DNA of 61,124 nucleotides from Octopus sinensis (GCF_006345805.1 NW_021832395.1:1-61124), one strand, 5' to 3'; shown: positions 24,685-37,674, counted from the stretch's first letter. Made by a program: numbers and translations. The notes: generated by a model not told the origin, from the sequence alone.

Positions 24685-25206
24685 TTTTGGCACAAGGCCA
24701 GCAATTTCGGCGGCAGGGACTAAGTCAATTATATCGACCTCATGACTCAACTGGTGCTTATTTCATTGTCCCCGAAAGGATAAAATGTAAAGTCGACTTC
24801 GGTGGAATTTGAACTCAGAACGTGAAGCCGAATGAAATGCTGCTAAGTATTTGCTTAGCGTGCAAACGATTCTTTTCTATTCTAGGCACAAGGCCCGAAA
24901 TTTTCGGGGAGGGAACAGTCGATTAGATCGACCCCAATACGCAACTGGTACTTAATTTATCGACGCCGAAAGGATGAAAGTCAAAGTCGACCTCGGCGGA
25001 ATTTGAACTCAGAACGTAGCGACGGGCGAAATACCGCTAAGTATTTCGTCTGCCGCTACGTTCTGAGTTCAAATTTCGCCGAGGTCGACTTTGCCTTTCA
25101 TCATTTCGGGGTCGATTGAATAAGTACCAGTGAGCACTGGGGTCGATCTAATCGACTGTGTCCCTCCCCGAAAATTTCGGGCCTTGTGCTTAAAGGAGAA
25201 AAGAAT
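24685..25206. mobile_element. Family-B SINE cluster: two minus copies and one plus copy, forming a ~165-bp-arm hairpin with apex at 25035-25040
   Basis: ...cgaaatac-cgctaa-gtatttcg...; both arms end in the ggccttgtgc...gaaaagaat tail. Confidence 0.88.
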
Positions 25207-25267
25207 ACTGTAACACAAGAAAGATAGGATCTTCGTAGATAAATTGTCTCTGATCGCCGGTCTATTG

Positions 25268-26108
25268 AAGTGCTTCTCAATGAGAGTCCTCTCACCCCAG
25301 GTGGTCCATATGAGATTTTGGGTATCCACGCAAGCAAAAGAGTAAATTGGAGATCTCACATAATGTTTTAAGGGTCCATGAGACACTCTTGCTTTAGATG
25401 TATTTATGGCAGCTACGTTTCCCTCTCTCATATTTTACATACTTGAAATTGGGGTCCACAATAGTATTTTAAGGGTTCATGAAAAAATTTTGCTCTACAT
25501 GTATTTATATGTTAAGAAACAGCTACGATCTTTTCTCTAATATTTTACGTGGTTTAACATGATTTCAGTTTCTTTCAGTGAGTGTTATTGCAAACCTGTA
25601 CAGAAGTCAACGAGGGTAAAAGAAAATGGGAATTTTGAAAGCAGTATCTATAAAATTAAGAATAGGCGCAGGAGTGGCTGTATGGATGGTCGCAGGAGTG
25701 GCTGTATGATAAGTAGCTTGCTTACCAACCAAATGGTTCTGGATTCAGTTCCACTGCGTGGCACCTTGGGCAACTGTCTTCTACTATAGCCTCGGGCCGA
25801 CCAAAGCCTTGTGAGTGGATATTGTAGACGGAAACTGAAAGAAGCCCGTCGTATATATATATATGTATGTGTGTGAGTGTGTATGTGTATGTTGTGTGTG
25901 TGTATGTTTGTGTGTCTGTGTTTGTCCCCCCAACATCGCTTGACAACCGATGCTGGTGTATTTACGTCAAAAGAGACCGATAGAATAAGTACTAGACTTA
26001 CAAAGAATAAGTCCTGAGATGGATTTGCTCGACTAAAGGCGGTGCTCCAGCATGGTTGCAGTCAAATGACTGAAACAAGTAAAAGAGTAAAAGAGTTGAA
26101 AACTGTTG
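25268..26108. mobile_element. Degenerate hAT-like MITE with an internal ~95-bp duplication, interrupted by a family-A SINE
   Basis: Left end agtgcttctcaa, right end gttgaaaactgttg; repeated ggggtcc/gggtccat subterminal motifs; 25345-25440 resembles 25446-25550. Confidence 0.5.
25665..26095 (+). mobile_element. SINE family A with duplicated 5' head
   Basis: cgcaggagtggctgtatg occurs twice (25667, 25691). Confidence 0.92.
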
Positions 26109-26469
26109 ATCTGTTGGATCAAAGATGAGCTGGGATTAAACGACTGCAACAACAAAACAGTCAACAAAACGCAGCACCAACAACACCACTACCAACATCA
26201 CAACCTCTGCCCAAACAACCACCCAAGCCGGAGCCAGGGAGGGTGTCTTTACATGATTGTTCTACATGCTAAAAATAACAGCGAAATCTTAAAATTACAT
26301 TTCTTTTTTTCTAAAAGACATATTGGATAATGCCGTCTTTGGTTCCATGTTGTACGTACACAGGGAAAAGACGATATGGTCACGGCTGGAATGTCATTGA
26401 TTATAGGTTTTCCTAGATCAAGGCTAACCGAACTGGCGGATGGGGGCTAATAGCTAACGCACATATCAT

Positions 26470-26502
<33 letters not shown>

Positions 26503-26507
26503 GGCAC

Positions 26508-26740
26508 ACCTATTTCTTTACTGCCCACAAGGGGCTAGACATAGAGGGGACAAACAAGGACAGACAAACGGATTAAATCGATTACATCGATCCCAGTGCG
26601 AAACTGGTACTTAATTTATCGATCCCGAAAGGATGAAAGGCAAAGTGGACCTCGGCGGAATTTGAACTCAGAACACAACGACAGACGAAATACCGCTAAG
26701 CATTTCGCCCGGCGCGCTAACGTTTCTGCCAGCTCGCCGC
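26508..26740 (-). mobile_element. SINE family B (full length)
   Basis: cctatttctttactgccc ... ctgccagctcgccgcc. Confidence 0.92.
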
Positions 26741-26914
26741 CCTTCTACGACACACCAACAACCAACCAGCACCCGTCACTCCAACCCCGCTGTCAACATC
26801 ATATTGACAATCACCACTACTACTACTACTACTACCACCACCAAAACATAAAACAGGCAACCAACCAGCAGGCGCTGAAGTCGCTAGCAAACCCACCGCC
26901 GCCACCAATTATAT

Positions 26915-26946
<32 letters not shown>

Positions 26947-27099
26947 TGCTCTTACTATTTACTACTACACCGGTTCTGTACCACCACTCCACGGCGTCCA
27001 TGAAAAGTCCCGCCGCCAATAATAGTCAGCGAAACAAAACTAACCAAACATCCATACATAAAACGAAACAGGTTTAAATAAACAATGGTGACGGAAGCA

Positions 27100-27459
27100 G
27101 TGGGAAAAGAAGGGGAGGGAGAGGAAGAGATAGAGAGAGATAGAGAGGGAGGGAGGGAAAGAGCTAGTGAGGGTGGGTGTTTGTTGTGGGTGTGATAATC
27201 GGTATGTGTATGTGAATGCGTGAAAGTGAAAGAGGAGTGTGTGTGTGAGAGAGAGAGACAAGAGCGAGAGAGAGAGACAAGAGCGAGAGAGAGAGACAAG
27301 AGAGAGATGGAGTCAAGAGAGAGAGAGAGAGAGAGAGGGACAAGAGAGAGAGAGACACAAGAGAGAGAGAGAGAGACAGAGAGAAGAGAGAGAATGTATG
27401 TGTGTATATGTAAGAGTGAAAAAGGAGTGAGCGTGTGTATCCGTACTTAATATATATAT

Positions 27460-27509
<50 letters not shown>

Positions 27510-28090
27510 GTGTGTGTGTATGTGTATGTGTATGTGTGTGTGTGTGTGTGTGTGTAGGGCGAGACAGAGCTTATGTGCGTAAGCCTGCGTGTGACACAGA
27601 AAGTGTGTTTGTGTATATGTGCGTGTGTGTGAATGATCGTCGGAATACGTGTGTCTGCTTGTGTATATGTATGTCTGTATGTGTGTATGTGGAGAGAGAG
27701 AGAGAGAGAGAGAGACAGATAGACAGACAGACAGATACAGAGAGAACATAAGTGAAAGAAAGGAAGATAGACTACGTGTTTATGAGAGAGAGTGAGAGAG
27801 AGAGAGAGGAAGAGTGAGAAAGAGAGAGACAGAGGGTGGAGTTAGGCAGGCATACAGAAAAAAATACATATATAGAAAAATAAACATATATATATATATA
27901 AATATATATATATATGGAGAGAGAGAGAGAGAAAGAGAGAGAGAATGGGAGGGGGAAAGTAGTGAAGTGAAACAGAAAAAAATGAAGAAGGGAGGGAGGG
28001 GGAGGATAATTGCATAAATAGAACAAAAAAATAGAAATATAAAGAAATAATTGGAGACAGAGAGAGAGAAAGGGAGGAGGTAAGAAGGGG
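27100..28090. repeat. Purine-rich (GA)n/(TG)n/(TA)n compound low-complexity region
   Basis: Direct reading. Confidence 0.9.
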
Positions 28091-28360
28091 AGTCATTGAA
28101 GGAGAACTGATGGTGCTACTGCTTTGCCAGCGCTCGCTGAATAATAGCTTGGAGGGCTTAGCTAGAGAACACACACACACACATACAATATATATATATA
28201 TATATATATTTCTGAGAGAGTGTGTGTGTGGAAGGCAACAAGGCGGTGCTGCCGGTGAAAGACAGCGCCTCGTAGTCCAGACCTTGCTGAGGGGACGTGG
28301 TTATTTACGAGCTGTCTTTGACCTACCCGCCCATCACCAATTTTGTTTAAAAATTACGAA

Positions 28361-28426
<66 letters not shown>

Positions 28427-28799
28427 GTATACCGCTTTCTTTGATACGTTTGTCTTCTATATCCTTCAGTCCGTCCCTATTTACAAATTCTCAATCAGGT
28501 TCTAACCTCTGTCCCCTTCCTCCCCCTCCCCCTCCTCCTCTTCTCTTACATGCTTCATCTTCAACCTTCCACAAATGTAAATGTGTGTACCCATCTATTT
28601 CTCAAAAAATGCCCGAATAAATACAGTAAGTCATTTTGTCCGACGCTCTAACAATACAAGACGAGTAATCTGGGGGAATTTATTAAAAAATGTTAGTTGA
28701 TTTAAATCGAGCCAATTCTTGGTTTGCACTTTGCTTCAATTGATATCGAACGTACGAAGAGCAACTTTGACACAGGCGAGATTTGAACTCGGAACATAC

Positions 28800-29054
28800 G
28801 GAACAACGGAACACTTTGCTGGTGAAATTAACGTGCAAGTGGCTGAGCACTCCACAGACACGCGTAACCTAAACTTAATTCTCAGGTAGATTAAGCGTGA
28901 CACAGAATGTCCCAATGCTAGTCCTGTTGAAATACAGCTGGAGCAACGTGAAATAAAATGTATTGGTCAAGAGTACAACACGTGGCCGGCAATCGAACTC
29001 AGGACCGCATGATCATGTGTCGAATGCCCTAACCACTAAGCCACGCGCCTTCAC
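28800..29054 (-). mobile_element. SINE family D
   Basis: ccctaaccactaagccacgcgccttcac head (reverse complement); aattaacgtgcaagtggctgagcactcc tail module. Confidence 0.82.
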
Positions 29055-29104
29055 ACTCAGAACATAAACAACCGGAAGAAATATCAAAAATTATTTTGTT
29101 CGCT

Positions 29105-29605
29105 AACTGACAGGTTCGTGGTCGATCAGGTAGCAGTGGAGACCTCCGGTGTTCTTGGCCCCTAGACCATATCCCTGCTCAATGCTATCGGAGCGGAGAT
29201 GGCTGTACGAGGAAAGTGCGAGCCCCGTGAGTGAGAGTGGCTGTTCCAGTGCATTTCCCTTCGGGGCAACGCCTTTTTCCATGTTGTCTGCTGGGGCCAT
29301 GAGGCTGTATGGGTGAAGACCCTCTTCGGTCATGGATGACCATGGGATTGTACCTAGAAAGTTCCCCACACAGGTACAAGTCTGGGTAATGTTGTTTACG
29401 GAAGACCAGCAGTCGCCCATGAATACTAGTCATGCCTCCGATGTTATCCAAGGGAAAGGCAACGGTCGATACAGCATGGTACGTCGCAACTTGAATGAAC
29501 TGAAGCAAAGTAAAATAAAGTGTTTTGTTTCCGGTTCGGGAATCGAACTTACTACCTCATGATTGTGAGCCCGACGCTCTAACCACTGAGCCATGCACCT
29601 TCACA
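29105..29605 (-). mobile_element. Family-D SINE head (29490-29605) joined to a GC-richer segment resembling RTE-type 5' UTR sequence (29105-29490)
   Basis: ctctaaccactgagccatgcaccttcac head; the identity of the downstream segment is from recollection only. Confidence 0.5.
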
Positions 29606-29817
29606 TGAGGTTGCATGACTTACAGTAAATTATACATTCCACTCCTTAAAGAATCTCTTATGAGAAACAGGTAACTGATACAATGCTGCGGTACTATTGT
29701 CCAACGTGTATTTCCATTTTGAAAGGAATGTCTGAGATTTGAATGTGATTCGTCTGCTATCTCTTGGAAGGTCAATAACCATACAGATATCTCGCTGACA
29801 CGAAATAAATATATACC

Positions 29818-30198
29818 AGTGGCTGTGAGGTAAGTAGCTTGCTTACCAACCACATGGTTCCGGGTTCAGTCCCACAGTGTGGCACCTTGGGTAAGTGCCT
29901 TCTACTATAGCCTCGGGCCGACCAAATCCTTGTGAGTGGATTTGGTAGAGGGAAACTGAAAGAAGCCCGTCGCACACACACATGTGTTTGTGTGTCTGTA
30001 TTTGTCCCCCCAACATCGCTAGACAACCGATGCTGGTGTGTTTACGTCCCCGTAAATTAGTGGTTCTTCAAAATATATCGATAGAATAAGTACTAGGCTT
30101 ACAAAGAATAAGTCCTGGGGTCGATTTGCTCGACTAAATGCATTGCTCCAGCATGGCCGCAGTCAAATGACGGAAACAAGTAAAAGAGTAAAAGAGTA
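29818..30198 (+). mobile_element. SINE family A
   Basis: Near full-length match. Confidence 0.92.
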
Positions 30199-30299
30199 AA
30201 TGAGTCATAGAAGAAATAGTAGCAGTAACAGTTGTTGATAAGAGCTCAATGCCCTAAGGACCCTGTCAATCCAAGGCCCTTATGATATCACTAATGATC

Positions 30300-30690
30300 T
30301 TTTCTACTATAAGCAATGGGGTTGAAATTTAGTTGGAGAAACCAGCGGATTACAACGACCCCTGCGCTCAACTGGTGGTTATTTAATTGACCCCGAAAGG
30401 ATGAAAGGCAAAATCAACCTCGGCGGAATTTGAACTCAGAACGTAGCGGCAGACAAAATACCTATTTCTTTACTACCAACAAGGGGTTAAACACAGAGGG
30501 GACAAACAAAGACAGACAAACGGATTAAGTCGATTATATCGACCCCAGTGCGTAACTGGTACTTCTTTAATCGACCCCGAAAGGATGAAAGGCAAAGTCG
30601 ACCTCGGCAGAATTTGAAATCAGAACGTAACGGAAGACGAAATACCGCAAAGCATTTCGCCCGGGGTGCTAACGCTTCTGCCAGCTCGCC
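30300..30690 (-). mobile_element. Tandem dimer of family-B SINE
   Basis: Full copy 30460-30690 followed by a 5'-truncated copy 30300-30460; minus-strand junction aaagaaata|ggtattttgtctg. Confidence 0.9.
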
Positions 30691-31380
30691 GGATCCTAAT
30701 CAACGTTGCCTCTTGAACTTTTAAAAATAGCTGCCAAATCTCCCTGAAAACCTATTATACCGTTTTATAAAAACAGGAACGATACATTCAACAACGTAGT
30801 CGTAAATTCGAGTTGATAAAACAAACCAAAAAAGAATGAAATGATGTGTTGGTCATGCATAGAAAACCTATGATCAGAGGATTGCCAGGTCAGAGCTAAA
30901 CTGGGACTAAGTAACAACAAATATGTGTTGGAAGGAATCGACCAACAGAAACAACGAAAATATAATAAAACAACCTAAAAACAGATAATAGAATAAGAAT
31001 AAAAAAAAATAACGGTTAATAAAATTTGTACAGGAACTCATCTTATTTTACGAATTTTATGATGTGTAAAGTTGTTTTCCTATCTCATATTGAAGGAGTC
31101 TGGTCAATGCAAGGGTCACCTTCTTTCAGTACCCACTACGTCACGCCTACAAGTTCAATGCAATAAAATTCTTTAGAACGACTCTCTGTTTCCGTCAATA
31201 AAATTTTTCATGACATTTCCATCAAAACATGGGCCGATGGTTTTGTAGAACCGTTAGGGATGTCGTCGGATAGGGCAAAATACACTTTGCGTTTGTTTTC
31301 GCTCTTGACTTTATGAGTTTAATTCCCTGAACACTTGACGTTTTTGTCTTTCTTTCTTTTTTTTAATGTTTGTTTTCATT

Positions 31381-32010
31381 GCGTAGGAGCGGCTGTGTGG
31401 TAAGTAGCTTGCTTACGAACTACATGGTTCCGAGTTCAGTCACACTGGGTAGCATCTTGGGCAAGTGTCTTCTACTATAGCCTCGGGCCAACCAAAGCCT
31501 TGTGAATGGATTTGATAGACGGAAACTGAAAGAAGCCCGTCGTATATATGTATATTTATATATATGTCTGTGTTTGTCCCCTCAACATCGCTTGACAACC
31601 CATGCTGGTGTGTTTACGTCCCCGTAACATAGCGATTCGTCCGAAGAGACCGATAGAATAAGTACTAGGCTTACAAAGAATAAGTCCTGGGTCGTTGCGT
31701 CAAAGACTTGACTTCCAATTGATTCGATCAACGGAGCAACCTGCTCGTCAAATTAACATGTAAATGGCTGAGTACTCCAGAGACACGCGAACCTTTAAAG
31801 TAGTTCTTAGAGAGATTAAAAGTGACACAGTGAAAGTGACAAGGTTGGCCTTTTAAATTACAGGCTCAACTGGTTTTTGTAAACTGAGTGGAGTGGGTTA
31901 ACGTGAAATAAAGTTTGTTGGTCAAGGATACAACGCGCTTCCAGGAATCGAACTCTCGACTATGCGATCGTGAGCCGAATACCCTAACCACTAATCCACA
32001 TGACTTCACA
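31381..32010. mobile_element. SINE A (31381-31694, plus) abutting SINE D (31710-32010, minus)
   Basis: Family motifs as in other copies. Confidence 0.85.
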
Positions 32011-32039
32011 TTAAATACAACGAACATAGGCACAAATGT

Positions 32040-32330
32040 ATATTTATGGAACAAGAACGCAAAACATCCAGACAGTAAGGTGATACAAGAAAGGGGTAAC
32101 AAAACATCCAGATAGACGATACAAAGAAAACAAGGACGGATCATTCGGAGTTTTCTATCCTCAGTCGAGTTCCAGATTATCTTTGCAATTTTGGCTGGTA
32201 ATACTTGAGATTGTTCCAATCTGGCCAGCTCCCAGGAAAAACTAAGCTAAGAGTATTAGATTCCTCCGAAGAAAACAGCGAATATATACGAAAACAAGGA
32301 CGGAAAGAAAAACAGAGAAATGTTCATACA
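32040..32330 (-). repeat. Longer copy of the 3632-3787 repeat
   Basis: Reverse-complement match; internal direct repeat gaaaacaaggacgga. Confidence 0.75.
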
Positions 32331-33799
32331 TTTATATATATCGGAATAGTATGAGAAGAATGGAGAGTGGGATAATGAATAAATGTTGGAAGGTGAGGCT
32401 GGGGGAATCGATGTGGCAAATGAATTGATCGATTATATCGATCACGTTGCTAAAGAATAAAATCCCAGGGAACTAATGATCTTGTTATTGTTTCTGTTAA
32501 ACTCAAGTCAACGTTCACCTGACTGCACCATGATCAAATGAACACTATCCATGGCCGTCCCGACATTTTTCACTCCAGTACCCCATTTTCCGGCGTGTCT
32601 TTTTAAAGGCAGCAGGATGTAATTTGCGGTATATTCAGCTGCTATTTCTAGCGATTGAATGATCATGTACGAGCTCCTTCATTGATTCTGAAAATTATTG
32701 AAGCCATACATTAACAGATAGTAACTACAAAATATTTAGGAGACCCTTGGTTGCTTCTGCTCCTAGAAATAGGAACACAATTTCCTTCAAATGCCACCTT
32801 AACGTCCTACGAAGATATATATGAGAAGAAAAAAGAAAATTAGATGGATTGTCGCGACTGGATCGCCTTCGATCATATAGTCTTCTTGATGGCAGACTTC
32901 GGACAAAAGAGGAGCAACAATAATAAAAGATTACACACTTGAGAGCAAAATTCTAACGTTTTTAGTAGAATTCTTCTCGTAGGCGCAGGCATGGGTATCA
33001 CCAGATAATGTAGACTGTGCCATATTCTTTATCTTAGACTCCAGGATACAGAATATACAATGGAAAAATGTAGCTGAGGCGGTTTTGATTATAAGTGTTT
33101 CCAAACTGTTTTGACCTGTAGCTAAACACCTCTGTAATTCTGTTTCTGGCCATTACGTTTGTTCTACTGAACTAGTCCTTAGAAGAATTCATCGAAGTAG
33201 AGGCCAGAAATTAGGAAATAGCTCAGTATTGCATAGTACAATTTTGTTTGTTAATGCTTTAAATGCTTAAATCTGAATAAAATCCATACTTACCCGAGTC
33301 GGAGTACCGAAGCAACACGTACAGTAGAGAAAGAATCTGAACAAACTTATATTGCTGTCGTTAATAAAACATGAAAGGGACAATCTTATTTGGATAGCTA
33401 ATAAACCTGTGAAATATAAACTGACACAGACCGCTCCCCAAGGAATGTTGGCTAATCCTATAAAATTTAACAGTGAAACGAAACGAAAATACCAGTTCAG
33501 TGAAAAACGCTGTACATGGGTACGCGGGTATTTTAAATGACAAATGCAGAATATAGGGGAAATAAATAGGGAAATGAGTTGAAACAAAAAAGCAGCACCG
33601 ACATTTTAGGGTATTTAAGTCTTGAGGGTCAACTTCAGACAGAAGTACCCACCACACAGTGCATTTTTGTTTTGATTTTTCTTTTCGTATAAGGGCAAAA
33701 ACTCGAGCAGCTGACAATAAATACGAGCGTGGTAGGGGCCGCCATTTATGACCACCAACCTATCTCTCACTTTCTTTCTTTCTTTCTTTCTTTCTCTCC

Positions 33800-33839
<40 letters not shown>

Positions 33840-33939
33840 CTTTCTATCTCTCCTCTCTGTCTGTCTCTTTTTCTCTCACACACACGCTAAAACACAGACA
33901 AACACACACCTTTATATATATGTGTGTGTGTGTATGTGT

Positions 33940-34150
33940 AAGTTTGTTTCTCCCCCCAACCCAACATCGCTTGATAACCGATGCTGGTGTGTTTACGTCC
34001 CCTGTAACTTAGCGGTTCGGCAAAAGTGACTGATAGAATAAGTACTAGGCTAACAAAGAATAAGTCGAGGGGTCGATTTGCTCGGACTAAATGCGGTGCT
34101 CCAGCATGGCTGCAGTCAGATGACTGAAACAAGTAAAAGAGTAAAAGAAA
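33940..34150 (+). mobile_element. SINE family A, 3' half
   Basis: caacatcgcttgataaccgatgctgg ... gactgaaacaagtaaaagagtaaaaga. Confidence 0.88.
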
Positions 34151-34154
34151 ATAT

Positions 34155-35390
34155 GTGTTTGTTTTTGTGAGTGCGTGTGTGTGTGTATGTGCGTGTGTAT
34201 GTGTGTGTGCATGTGTGTGCGTGTGTGTGTGTATGTGTGTGTGCATGTGTGTGTGTATGTGCGTGTGTATGTGTGTGTGCATGTGTGTGTGTATGTGTGT
34301 GTGTATGTGTGTGTGCGTGTGTGTGTGTATGTGTGTGTGCATGTGTGTGTGTATGTGTGTGTGCGTGTGTGTGTGTATGTGTGTGTGTATGTGTGTGTGT
34401 ATGTTGTGTTTTTGTGTGTGTGCATGTTGTGTGTGCATGTGCGTGTGTATGTGTGTGTGCATGTGCCTGTGTATGTGTGTGTGTAGTGTGTGTGCATGTG
34501 TGTGTGTATGTGTGTGTGCATGTGCGTGTGTATGTGTGTGCATGTGCGTGTGTATGTGTGTGTGTATGTGTGTGTGTATGTGTGTGTGCATGTGTGTGTG
34601 TATGTGTGTTGGGTATGTGTGATGTGTTGGTGTGCATGTGCGTGTGTATGTGTGTGTGTATGTTGTGTGTGTATGTGTGTGTATGTGTGTGTGTCATGTG
34701 CGTGTGTATATGTGTGTGTGTATGTGTGTGTGTATGTGTGTGTTATGTGTGTGTGCATGTGTTGTGTGTATGTGTGTGTGTAGTGGTGTGTGTATGTGTG
34801 TGTGTATGTGTGTGTGTACATGTGTGTGTGCAGTGTGTGGTGTATGTGTGTGTGCATGTGCGTGTGTAATGTGTGTGTGTATGTGTGTGTGTATTGGTGT
34901 GTGTGGTGTGTGTGTGTGTGTGTGGTGTATGTGTGTGTTGCATGTGTGTGTGTATGTGTGTGTGCATGTGCGTGTTGTTGTGTGTGTGGTATGTGTGTGT
35001 GTGTGTGTGTGTGTATGTGTGTGTGTATATGTGTGTGTATGTGTGTGCATGTGTGTGTGTATGTTGTGTGTATGTGTGTGTGTATGTGTGTGTGTATGTG
35101 TGTGTGTATGTGTGTGTGTATGTGTGTGTGTATGTGTGTGTGCATGTGTGTGTGTATGTGTGTGTGTATGTGTGTGTGCATGTGCGTGTGTATGTGTGTG
35201 TGTATGTGTGTGTGTATGTGTGTGTGTATGTGTGTGTGTATGTGTGTGTGTATGTGTGTGTGCATGTGTGTGTGCATGTGCGTGTGTATGTGTGTGTGTA
35301 TGTGTGTGTGTATGTGTGTGTGCATGTGTGTGTGTATGTGTGTGTGCATGTGTGTGTGTATGTGTGTGTGCATGTGCGTGTGTATGTGTG
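34155..35390. repeat. ~1.2-kb (TG)-derived minisatellite with 10-bp units ATGTGTGTGT/ATGTGTGTGC
   Basis: Regular decamer period at both ends, noisier in the middle. Confidence 0.95.
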
Positions 35391-35513
35391 TAGAGTCAAC
35401 GTGTGAGATCTAGAAAACATGTGCTGAAAAGAATTGAATTTACACTTCGGAGTCTTTCCTGAGGACTGTGTCCTCCACCCCCACCCCCTCCCCGGGCTAC
35501 AGAGTGAGTGTGA

Positions 35514-35557
<44 letters not shown>

Positions 35558-36425
35558 TGTGAATCATTTCTTTTGTAGTAGGGACGGGTCCTGGGCTGGT
35601 TCGTAGGACGAATATCCTCTGTATCCTTTCCTCAGAATTGAAGGTGTTTTGCGAAATTTTGGACCCATTTCAGCCTTGTTTGAGTAGACCAATGATCAAA
35701 ACTGTCCCCTTCTGACCATCTATATATTTATAACTCTATCAATCAATGTACCCTTGTATAAGAACAACAAGCAAGATAATGTCAACATAAAGTCGTAAGA
35801 GGATTTTTATATCAGTATCACTTGTTTTATATGTGGTAGATTCATAAATCTATTCTCATAATTGTAATTTATTATTAGGTTTATGTCACTGGGTATAAAA
35901 CCAGAATGTGATTATTAGCCCTTTGCTTGTCCAAATCATTTTCATAAGTTTGTCCTAATTGTCCACGCCCATACATTCTGAGTAATAAAAAAACTTCAAT
36001 TTTATAAGTCCCGAATGACACCAGTAGTTGGAAAATGTTGAGATTTGTATCAAATATGAAGTATGGCCTATGGGGTTATATGTCCAGCGTATCGCATGTA
36101 ACACACAGGAAATACAAAAGCTTAAGATCTAAAAATTTCTTGCGGAGTATTTTCATTTGCGAATTAAATTATATTGCTTAATCCGAGCTGGAAAGAGACT
36201 TTAGAACGTGGTTTAGTTGACTAATGAGTAATCTTAATATGTTCCCATAACATAAAATTGAAATAATTATACTTCCTTTTAATTCATTAATGATTATAAT
36301 TAAATTAATGTTTTACATTGACGAGGATAAAGCAAATGTATCGAGTTGCAATATAATGTTCTGTACCGGATAACTCGAGAAATTCTATCATGTGATACAT
36401 ACATGCATACATATATATATTTATA

Positions 36426-37265
36426 CAGGGCGGTGCAAAAGTAGGTATACAGTTATGAAAAAAGAAAACACGTACAATACTTATTTATTTTTATCTACAA
36501 AAGTTAAAAGTTACGATAACAGTATTGTTATAATAAAAAAAATAAATGCGCCCTTTTAAAGCCTAGCCAGGCTCATGGGCCCGGTTTCCCGGTTTCTATG
36601 GCGTATGTGTTCCCCAGCTGGACGGAACGCCAGTCCATCGCAGAGTGGACTGGAGCAACGTGAAATGAAGTATTTTGCTCAAGAACACAACGCGTCGCCA
36701 GGTCCAGGAATCGAAACCACAATCTTACGATCATTATGCTGACACCCTAACCACTAAGCCACGCCTCAACAAAGTATTGTTATAGTTATGATAAAGCTAT
36801 TATTATGATTAATGAGACTGAAAATATCAAAAATGAGGCTAACTAATTTAATGTGCTAATAATTTTAATGAATTAAGTATGATACCATTCGTGTAATGCT
36901 TACTGTTGCACCCCACTGTGTCCAGATTTTGCGTGTCCAGGTTGCGGAGCGAATATCTCCAGCAATTATAGGCTATCCTACTTTCTCTCACATGTGTTAC
37001 AACTACTCATTGAAATGTCCCCCGGATGTTTGTATGAGCACAGAGGATCTCCTCAGTAGAATCAGTAGTGGCAACCATTCCAACGATCTCACAGGTTGTG
37101 TAGTGGGTGGGTCATGTGGATGTAACTTCGCTCCACCCATCTATAGACATAGATTTTGCTGTGGAAAAATGCATTGAGATTTTCTGTGAGAGTGAGGCAG
37201 TGTTCCACGAAGTCAACACGAGGGAACTGGGCCTCTTCCTTAAACTAATCTATGACTGTAACCAC
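36426..37265. mobile_element. Possible decayed Tc1/mariner element (one TIR plus remnants), interrupted by a SINE
   Basis: TA followed by cagggcggtgcaaaagtaggtatacagtt resembles mariner TIRs; no partner TIR found; only weak transposase-like similarity at 36870-37250 (minus). Confidence 0.35.
36533..36772 (-). mobile_element. SINE family D with 12-bp TSD
   Basis: TSD agtattgttata at 36521-36532 and 36773-36784. Confidence 0.88.
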
Positions 37266-37291
37266 CTAGACAATCATAACCTTAGTAGATT

Positions 37292-37440
37292 CTACATTAT
37301 TTACATTTGACGGATATTTGTCCTCATCTTCTACTACTAACCCCATGATTCCGAGTTTGATTCCAAGGCAGTAACCTGACTAACATCAACAATAATGATG
37401 ATGATGATGATATTAGGACAAAATAATAATATCATCATCA

Positions 37441-37479
<39 letters not shown>

Positions 37480-37674
37480 TATTATTATTATTATTATTAT
37501 CATTATTATTATTATTATGACATTGAAAAATACCTTAGGAATGAGAGCACAGGTTCGAAATGTCCCCGAGACACCTGAAGAAGGCTGGAGGGTATATCAG
37601 CCGAAATTTATGTTAACAACAAACGAGATGAGGACAAATATCCGTGAAATATAAATAATGTAAATAATGTACAT
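37292..37674 (+). mobile_element. Composite element: inverted copy of its own 3' end, tRNA-like head remnant, (ATT)n, then hammerhead-like tail
   Basis: 37293-37329 is the reverse complement of 37626-37662 (2 mismatches); B-box-like gagtttgattcc at 37353; ACAC-CUGAAGA-A-GGCUG...CAGCC-GAAA at 37571-37606; terminal (taaataatg)n repeats. Confidence 0.7.

Noticed and set aside
33887-35567. Long His/Thr- and Cys/Val-rich ORFs (up to 428 aa)
   Set aside because: Translations of a stop-free (TG)-derived minisatellite, open in all frames; no coding signal
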